Shown: in pieces, positions 58,025 to 64,000 of the stretch
Layout: every line of letters begins with the position of its first letter
Numbering within the stretch: position 1 is the stretch's first letter
Origin: Pseudomonadota bacterium
GTDB lineage: Bacteria; Pseudomonadota; Gammaproteobacteria; Burkholderiales; Casimicrobiaceae
Assembly (NCBI GenBank): GCA_009786025.1
Contig: WQUA01000001.1
Location: 32,076 to 96,075, forward strand
Direction of reading: 5' to 3'
DNA: 64,000 nucleotides
The notes under the pieces: generated by a model
Seen by the model: the letters and a program-made list of their open reading frames with translations, nothing else
What the model was told of the DNA's origin: nothing
The model's database searches: none
Translations under genes and position numbers: made by a program

Positions 58025-59308
58025 TCACATCATCCCGACTGCCTTCGGCAGCCATAAGGAGATAATCGGGATGTAGGTGACGAGCATCAGGAACACCAGC
58101 ATCGTCAGTAGCCAGGGCCATACGGCAATGGTCAACTCGGTAATTCCCATTTTGGTAATCCCCGAAGCGACGTACAGGTTGAGACCAACCGGCGGGTGGC
58201 ACATGCCGACCTCCATGTTGACGACGATCAGCACGCCGAAGTGGATTGGGTCAATGCCGAGTTTCATCGCTATCGGGAACAGGATCGGGGCCATGATCAA
58301 TACGATCGACGATGGTTCCATGAAGTTGCCGGCGGCGAGCAGGACGACGTTGACCACGAGCAGGAAGCCGATGACGCCGAGGCCGTGCTCGAGAATCCAG
58401 TTACTCATCACTTGCGGGATGCCTTCCGAAGTCATCAGGAATGAGAACAACGCCGCGTTGGTGATGATGTAGAGTAGCATCGCTGACATGTTGGCCGAAG
58501 CCAGCAATACCTTCGGCACTTCTTTCAGCGGCATGTCTTTATAGACGAACACGGAGATGAAGAAGGCGTAAACCGCTGCCATCGCTGCGGCTTCGGTCGG
58601 CGTGAATTTGCCGGTATAGATGCCGCCCATGATGATGACGACCAGCATCAATCCCCAGACGCTGTCCAGGAAGGAGCGGACAACTTGCTTCAGGCTGGCG
58701 CGCGGCATCCTCGGGTAGTTGAATCTGCGGGCGCGATACCAGGTGGTCATGCCGAGCATGGTGGCAAGCACCAGCCCCGGAATCACGCCGGCCATAAACA
58801 GCGCGCCGACGGAAGTGTTGGTCGCAACCGAATACATCACCATCACGATTGACGGCGGGATCAGAATGCCGAGCGCTCCCGAAGTGGTGACGACACCGGC
58901 GCCGAAGCGCGGCGGGAAACCTTGTTTGGCCATCGCCGGTAGCAGGATGGCGCCGATGGCGACGACGGTGGCCGGGCTGGAGCCTGACACTGCGGCGAAC
59001 AGCGCACAAGCGACAACGCCGGCCAGACCCAGGCCGCCATTCATGTGACCAACGACGGAGGTGGCAAAGTTGATGATTCGTCGGGCGACGCCGCCGTGCG
59101 TCAGGAAATTGCCGGCCAAAATGAAGAACGGGATCGCCATGATCTCGAACTTTTCGATGCCGGTGAACAGCTTCATCGCGACCGATTCGATCGGTACCTG
59201 CGTCATGAAGTAGAAGAAGGTGAGAACGGTCAGACCCAGCGAAATGGAGATGGGCATTCCCGTCAGCATCAGCGCAAGGAGGATACCGAAAATAATGGCG
59301 GCGTTCAT
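58025..59308 (-). CDS. dctM: TRAP transporter large permease subunit
   Basis: A 427-aa polytopic membrane protein with a DctM-family sequence. It overlaps the dctQ stop. Confidence 0.9.
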   Translation of the reverse strand: MNAAIIFGILLALMLTGMPISISLGLTVLTFFYFMTQVPIESVAMKLFTGIEKFEIMAIPFFILAGNFLTHGGVARRIINFATSVVGHMNGGLGLAGVVACALFAAVSGSSPATVVAIGAILLPAMAKQGFPPRFGAGVVTTSGALGILIPPSIVMVMYSVATNTSVGALFMAGVIPGLVLATMLGMTTWYRARRFNYPRMPRASLKQVVRSFLDSVWGLMLVVIIMGGIYTGKFTPTEAAAMAAVYAFFISVFVYKDMPLKEVPKVLLASANMSAMLLYIITNAALFSFLMTSEGIPQVMSNWILEHGLGVIGFLLVVNVVLLAAGNFMEPSSIVLIMAPILFPIAMKLGIDPIHFGVLIVVNMEVGMCHPPVGLNLYVASGITKMGITELTIAVWPWLLTMLVFLMLVTYIPIISLWLPKAVGMM

Positions 59309-59916
59309 GAACGATTCTCCTCATGGCTGTGAGGCTGATCGGACAGGGCGTCTTTTTTCACTTCTTCTTCCAGCCCTTCGACGTGGGAAGCATCATGGTG
59401 CGGCAATTCACCGGTTTTTGCAAAAACCCAGGCGACTTGCAGAAAGCGGAAACACATCAGGTAAGAGCCGAGCGGGATCGCCAGATAGACGATCCACATC
59501 GGCATTTCCAGGTCGGGCGAAATCTGGTCGGTGTGTGAGAGCCCCCAAACAAATTTGGCACCCATCGTACCGATACAGCCGGTGAACAGGGCGCCGGCTG
59601 CCATACCGAACAGGATGAACCAATAGCGGATTTTTTCGTCGAGCCGGTTGATCAGAACGTCAACGCCGACGTGGATGCCGGTACGCACGCCATAAGCGGC
59701 ACCGAATTTGGCCATCCAGACGAACATGTAAATGCACAACTCTTGCGCCCAGGAGAGGTCCAGGGACAGCAGCCAGTCTTGCAGGTATGGAATGGAATAA
59801 ACTGCCAGATAGCGGTGTATCACGGCGACAAAAATAATCGCCGTCGCCAGCGCCATCAGCGTTGAGACAATGATTTCCTCAAGGCGGTTGAGGATGGTGT
59901 TGAACAACCTTAGCAT
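59305..59916 (-). CDS. dctQ: TRAP transporter small permease subunit
   Basis: Four TM helices, positioned between dctP and dctM, with a charged C-terminal tail. Confidence 0.85.
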   Translation of the reverse strand: MLRLFNTILNRLEEIIVSTLMALATAIIFVAVIHRYLAVYSIPYLQDWLLSLDLSWAQELCIYMFVWMAKFGAAYGVRTGIHVGVDVLINRLDEKIRYWFILFGMAAGALFTGCIGTMGAKFVWGLSHTDQISPDLEMPMWIVYLAIPLGSYLMCFRFLQVAWVFAKTGELPHHDASHVEGLEEEVKKDALSDQPHSHEENRS

Positions 59917-60008
59917 CAGGCTTTCAATTATAAAGGAAGCGGTGCGAAAAATACACGCGCGCCGTTAACGCGCACGTGTATTTTTTACAGCATTACGAAA
60001 GAATGGAA

Positions 60009-61004
60009 TTATTGCTGACCTGTGGCCTTATAGAAATCCTGGATGATCTCTTTGCCGATCCGCGGCTCCACCTCTTTATGCACCGGCTTCAGCGCGGCGA
60101 CCCACGCTTTACGTTCGGCTTCGGTTGGCGTATAGAATTCCGTGCGGCCGGCTGCTTTCATTGCCGCCACAGCGTCATCGTTGTCTTTCTTGGCGATTTC
60201 GTTGTTGTACGCGGTAGCCTCCACCATGGCCTGATCGAGTATTTTACGGATGTCGGGAGGCAGGCCTTCCCAGAATTTCTTGTTGACGATCACCGCGTAG
60301 CCGAGGTAACCATGGTTGGTCATCGTGGCGTATTTCTGTACTTCGTGCATTTTCTGCGTGTACATGTTCGAAGGCGGGTTTTCAGTGCCGTCGACAACGC
60401 CGGTTTGCAGCGCCTGATACACTTCGGAGAACGCCATCACTTGCGGCAGCGCTTTCAGTGCGCGCATTTGTGCATCGAGCACTTTCGACGACTGAATACG
60501 GACTTTCAGCCCTTTCATGTCGTCCGGTGTTTTGATCGGCTTGTTGGCGCTCATGATTTTGAAGCCGTTATCCCAGTAGCCGAGGCCGAGAATCCCCTTC
60601 GGTTCCAGCATCGCCAGCAGTTTGGCGCCGACTGGGCCGGTTGTTATTTTGTGCAGCGCATCGTAGCCGTCAAGAATGTACGGAACGTCGAACACTTCAA
60701 ATTCCTTAACGCCGAGCGGGCCGAATTTGGCCAGCGACGGCGCCAGCATCTGGACGGCGCCCAGTTGCAGCGCTTCCATTTCCTCTTTGTCTTTGTACAG
60801 CGCGCTGTTAGCGTAAACTTCGACCTTGACGCGCCCTTGCGTCCGCTCCTCAGCAAGCTTCTTGAAATATTCGGCGGCTCTCCCTTTCGGGGTATCCGTC
60901 GCCACGACGTGGCTGAATTTGATCACAATCGGTTCCTCCGCTTGTGCGGCGGGAACCAGCATACATGCGCCAATGAGCGCGACAACGAACGACAGTTTTT
61001 TCAT
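60009..61004 (-). CDS. dctP: TRAP transporter substrate-binding protein (DctP family)
   Basis: Track ORF 60009..61049. I trimmed the start to the ATG at 61004, which follows AGGAGG (MKKLSFVVALIGACMLVPAAQA, a signal peptide). The sequence is DctP-type. Confidence 0.9.
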   Translation of the reverse strand: MKKLSFVVALIGACMLVPAAQAEEPIVIKFSHVVATDTPKGRAAEYFKKLAEERTQGRVKVEVYANSALYKDKEEMEALQLGAVQMLAPSLAKFGPLGVKEFEVFDVPYILDGYDALHKITTGPVGAKLLAMLEPKGILGLGYWDNGFKIMSANKPIKTPDDMKGLKVRIQSSKVLDAQMRALKALPQVMAFSEVYQALQTGVVDGTENPPSNMYTQKMHEVQKYATMTNHGYLGYAVIVNKKFWEGLPPDIRKILDQAMVEATAYNNEIAKKDNDDAVAAMKAAGRTEFYTPTEAERKAWVAALKPVHKEVEPRIGKEIIQDFYKATGQQ

Positions 61005-61230
61005 TAAAGGCCTCCTTGGCGATAAATAACCTGTAACAAAACGACCCAACTGACGAAACCGACGAACCGTTTTTTGCGGTGGGTGTCCGAATTGTCAGAA
61101 AGGGTACGACGGTAAGGGTATGACAGCAACCCGTTTCGTGTTCCAGCAGGAACCTCAAAAGAATACCGTAAAAACAAACCGGCGCAACATTACGAACGGG
61201 AATTTTCCGATTTTGGAAAAAGATAAGCAG

Positions 61231-62907
61231 CTACATTGCATAATGCGGCCCGCTGCCGCCCTCCGGTGGCGTCCAGCGGATGTTGAGCGTAGGGTCTTTA
61301 ATGTCACAGGCTTTGCAATGCAAGCAGTTGGCGGCGCGGATGCGCAGGGCTGGCGGCGTCTCGGGCGCATCGTCGTTGCGTCGGTACTCGTAAACACTGG
61401 CGGGGCAGTACAATCGTTCCGGGCCGGCATAGCGCGGCAAATTGAGGCGTTCGGGCAACTCGGCGTCGATAAGCCGCAAATGACAGGGCTGATCCTCTTC
61501 ATGCTGTGTGCGGCTCAGGTAAACCGATGAGGCGTGGTCAAAGGCTGTGATGCGGTCGTAAGGGGGATAGACGAGAGTCGGCATGCTGGCGGCGGGGCGT
61601 AGCGCTTGATGGTCGGCTGTTTTGTGTTGCAGCGTCCATGGCAATAAACGTCCCAGGCCGAATTGCTGCGCCCAGAGATAAAGACCGGCAGTCAGCAAAC
61701 CGCCGACAAAGCCGTGCTGCAGGCAGGGCTTGATATTGCGCACGGCGTACAGCTCGTCGTAAGCCCAGGACGCGCGTAAAGCGGTGTCGTATTCGTGCAG
61801 CGTATCGTGCGCGCGGCGCTGCGCAATGGCGCTCACTACTGCTTCTGCCGCCAGCATCGCGCTTTTCATTGACGTGTGGATGCCTTGTGTGCGAGGTAAA
61901 TTGACCATTCCCGCCGCTTCGCCGATCAGCGCGCCGCCCGGGAACGCCAGTTTCGGGAGTGACTGCACGCCGCCTTCGGTCAGCGTTCGGGCACCGTAAC
62001 CCAACCGCTCGCCGCCGTGAAGCAGGGCTTTCAGCATCGGGTGCGTTTTGAAGCGCTGAAATTCATCGAACGGTGACAGCGTTGGATTTTCATAGTCAAG
62101 GTGGACCACCAGCCCGATGGCGACATACTGGTCGTGCAGATAATAGACAAAGCCACCGCCATTAGCGCGGCCGGCAAGCGGCCAGCCCAGCAGGTGTATG
62201 GCTTTGCCAGGGTAGTGCCGTTCGACGGGAACCCGCCACAGCTCGCGAAAACCGAGACCGTATTTCTGCGGGGCAATGCCGTCACGCAGATGAAAACGCT
62301 CTTCGAGAGAGCGGCCCAGATGGCCGCGGCAGCCTTCGGCGAGCAAGGTGTAACGGGCGCACAGTTCAATACCGGGCTGATAATTGGGCTTGGGGGTGCC
62401 CTGACGGTCAACGCCGAAATCACCGGTGACGACGCCAATCAACGGGCTTTGTGGCGAATCATCGGCATACAACGGCGACACGGCGGCAAAGCCGGCGAAC
62501 AAATCGACGCCGCTGGCTTCGGCTTGCTCGCCGAGCCAGGCGGTCAGACGGCAAAGACTGACGAGAGCGTGGCCGTGACGGCGGATGAATTTCGGTACGC
62601 ACCAGCCTGGGAGTCGGAGCGCGCGAGTTTGGCCCAGCAACCATAGCGACTCGTCACGGACCATTTCCTTGAACGGCGGCATCCGCTCGCGCCAGTCAGG
62701 AAGCAGTTCATCCAGCGCACGCAGGTCGAGCAGAGCGCCCGAAAGCGAGTGAGCGCCGATTGAAGCGCCTTTTTCGACCACGGCGATGCTGATGTCGGTG
62801 CCGGCGGCTTGGGCAGCCTGCTTGGCGCGCAGGGCGGCCACCAAACCCGCCGGCCCACCGCCGACGATCAGCAGGTCATAATCCATGGATTCGCGTTGCG
62901 CGGTCAT
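61231..62907 (-). CDS. electron-transfer flavoprotein:ubiquinone oxidoreductase
   Basis: FAD-binding fold (DLLIVGGGPAG) and a C-terminal 4Fe-4S ferredoxin-like block (CPASVY..CLHCKACDIKDP). Confidence 0.9.
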   Translation of the reverse strand: MTAQRESMDYDLLIVGGGPAGLVAALRAKQAAQAAGTDISIAVVEKGASIGAHSLSGALLDLRALDELLPDWRERMPPFKEMVRDESLWLLGQTRALRLPGWCVPKFIRRHGHALVSLCRLTAWLGEQAEASGVDLFAGFAAVSPLYADDSPQSPLIGVVTGDFGVDRQGTPKPNYQPGIELCARYTLLAEGCRGHLGRSLEERFHLRDGIAPQKYGLGFRELWRVPVERHYPGKAIHLLGWPLAGRANGGGFVYYLHDQYVAIGLVVHLDYENPTLSPFDEFQRFKTHPMLKALLHGGERLGYGARTLTEGGVQSLPKLAFPGGALIGEAAGMVNLPRTQGIHTSMKSAMLAAEAVVSAIAQRRAHDTLHEYDTALRASWAYDELYAVRNIKPCLQHGFVGGLLTAGLYLWAQQFGLGRLLPWTLQHKTADHQALRPAASMPTLVYPPYDRITAFDHASSVYLSRTQHEEDQPCHLRLIDAELPERLNLPRYAGPERLYCPASVYEYRRNDDAPETPPALRIRAANCLHCKACDIKDPTLNIRWTPPEGGSGPHYAM

Positions 62908-63097
62908 GGTCAGCCTTCCTTTCTCCTTGCGGGAGAGGGCGGCCGAAGGTCGGGAAGGGGGAAAACGAACATCCGAAAATCCGCGCGTTAACGATGGGCC
63001 GATGGGTTATGGTTTATTTTTACAGGGAGCACTATAAACCCGGAATAAAAGAAACGATTATAATCAAAGACCCTGAATGACGCATTTTTAGTACGGC

Positions 63098-64000
63098 ATG
63101 AATTTTCTGGCGATCCTGGCGGCGCTCGCGCTCGAACAACTACACTCGTCAAACTGGCGAGGTGGCGTCGAGCGGCTGTACTCCGGCTATCTGCGCTGGC
63201 TGGAAGCAAAGATGATTGACTGGGGGCCGTGGCCGGCGACGGCGGCGGCGCTGTTGCCGGTGTTACCGGTGATCGCGGTGGATGTACTGGCGACGCAACG
63301 CTGGTATCTGATCCTGATCTGGAGCGTGGTGGCGCTCTACCTGCTGATGGGGTTTCGCCGCTTCAGCCACGCCGTTACCGAGATTACGGAAAGCCTGCAA
63401 AACGGCGATTTGCCCGCTGCGCGCAAGGCGCTTTACGGCTGGCAGGGGGGGGGCAGCCTGACGTTAAGCTCCGACGCTATAGCGCAGCGCACCATCGAGG
63501 CCGGGGCCATAGCGGCGTACCGTTGCGTATTCGGTGTTGTCTTCTGGTTTCTGATCTTCGGACCGACTGGCGCGGTGCTTTACTGGATGCTGGCGCTGGC
63601 GGCGCGCGAGTGGAGCGAGAGCTCTGTCGGCGTGGACATCACTGTGTTGGCAGTGACACGAGCCGAATTGGGGAAAGTAGCGCGTTGGCTTCTTTTCATT
63701 CTTGATTGGTTGCCGATACGCCTTCTGGCGTTTTCGTTCGCTATTGTCGGTAACTTTGAAGACGCTATTTACCAATGGCGCGCGCGTCCCAGCGATGACG
63801 CAGCATTCGATAACGCCGCCAACGAAAACCTGTTGCTGGCGACCGGTTTCGGCGCTCTGGGATTGACTTGGGCGCGGCAGACGCCGACACCGGCGCCGAC
63901 GGAAAGCGTGCTGGAGCCGGACAAAGAAATGTCCGCTGAAGTTGCGGCGGAAGAGATTGGCGTTGGCGCTGCGCCGGCGCCAGAGGGAGCGGCCGCTGAA
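63098..64000 (+). CDS. CobD/CbiB (AmpE-like) family membrane protein, 3'-truncated by the window edge
   Basis: This gene is not in the ORF track because it has no stop inside the window. My manual translation from the ATG at 63098 stays open to 64000: MNFLAILAALALEQLHSS..WYLILIWSVVALYLLMGFRRF..FWFLIFGPTGAVLYW. It is a membrane protein resembling the CobD/AmpE family. Confidence 0.55.
   Translation, partial: MNFLAILAALALEQLHSSNWRGGVERLYSGYLRWLEAKMIDWGPWPATAAALLPVLPVIAVDVLATQRWYLILIWSVVALYLLMGFRRFSHAVTEITESLQNGDLPAARKALYGWQGGGSLTLSSDAIAQRTIEAGAIAAYRCVFGVVFWFLIFGPTGAVLYWMLALAAREWSESSVGVDITVLAVTRAELGKVARWLLFILDWLPIRLLAFSFAIVGNFEDAIYQWRARPSDDAAFDNAANENLLLATGFGALGLTWARQTPTPAPTESVLEPDKEMSAEVAAEEIGVGAAPAPEGAAAE

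Noticed and set aside
59976-61007. A 343-aa ORF antisense to the whole dctP gene. Similar antisense ORFs occur over guaA (27404-28132, 28223-28936), guaB (29296-30126), hscB/hscA (53625-54491, 54002-54841), the MBL lipoprotein gene (21805-22797) and kdsD (46257-46970).
   Set aside because: These are shadow ORFs opposite strongly supported genes in GC-rich DNA. Their translations are rich in R, H and F with no motifs, and they have no independent start or RBS context.
63229-63705. Track ORF of 158 aa (MAGDGGGAVAG..).
   Set aside because: It is in the wrong frame. The frame opening at ATG 63098 gives a plausible multi-TM CobD/AmpE-like protein and stays open to the window end, whereas this ORF is Gly/Arg-rich.

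Overview
This is a GC-rich proteobacterial chromosome segment. The gene order looks beta-proteobacterial: rne divergent from rluC, kdsD-kdsC-lptC-lptA-lptB-rpoN-hpf-ptsN-hprK-rapZ, and cysE followed by iscR-iscS-iscU-iscA-hscB-hscA-fdx-iscX. That call rests on remembered synteny, not on a search. I call about 60 protein genes and one tRNA-Leu(CAG). I see no rRNA, CRISPR array, transposase, integrase or phage gene. Most of the window is housekeeping: panBC, RNase E, RluC, SppA, RNase R, SerB, GuaAB, MetNIQ, the LPS-transport/sigma-54/PTS-Ntr cluster, BepA, MoaC, CysE, the ISC operon, a TRAP transporter and ETF-QO. Eight things are not ordinary. (1) An ankyrin-repeat gene sits between hscA and fdx inside the isc operon. 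(2) Two small acidic ORFs of unknown function sit between ptsN and hprK. (3) A ~1009-aa secreted protein has a CAP-like head, seven 85-89-aa two-cysteine repeats and an IPTL/PEP-CTERM-like tail. (4) A 190-bp MITE-like element with perfect 20-bp terminal inverted repeats and a TAA duplication lies exactly at the RNase R stop codon. (5) Several short dispersed repeat modules and CTCTCC..GGGAGAG hairpins have colonised intergenic spacers, including spacers inside conserved operons. (6) A compact, partly AT-richer trpD-trpC-trpF cluster abuts tRNA-Leu, next to a TATGTACA x3 array. (7) A small ORF looks like a circularly permuted acyl carrier protein without the attachment serine. (8) A PepSY / cytochrome b561 / two-component module is present. 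No classical defence or mobile-element system is visible. The best candidates for something undescribed are the passenger genes embedded in essential operons (items 1 and 2). All functional calls come from motif and family recognition by eye and need database confirmation.
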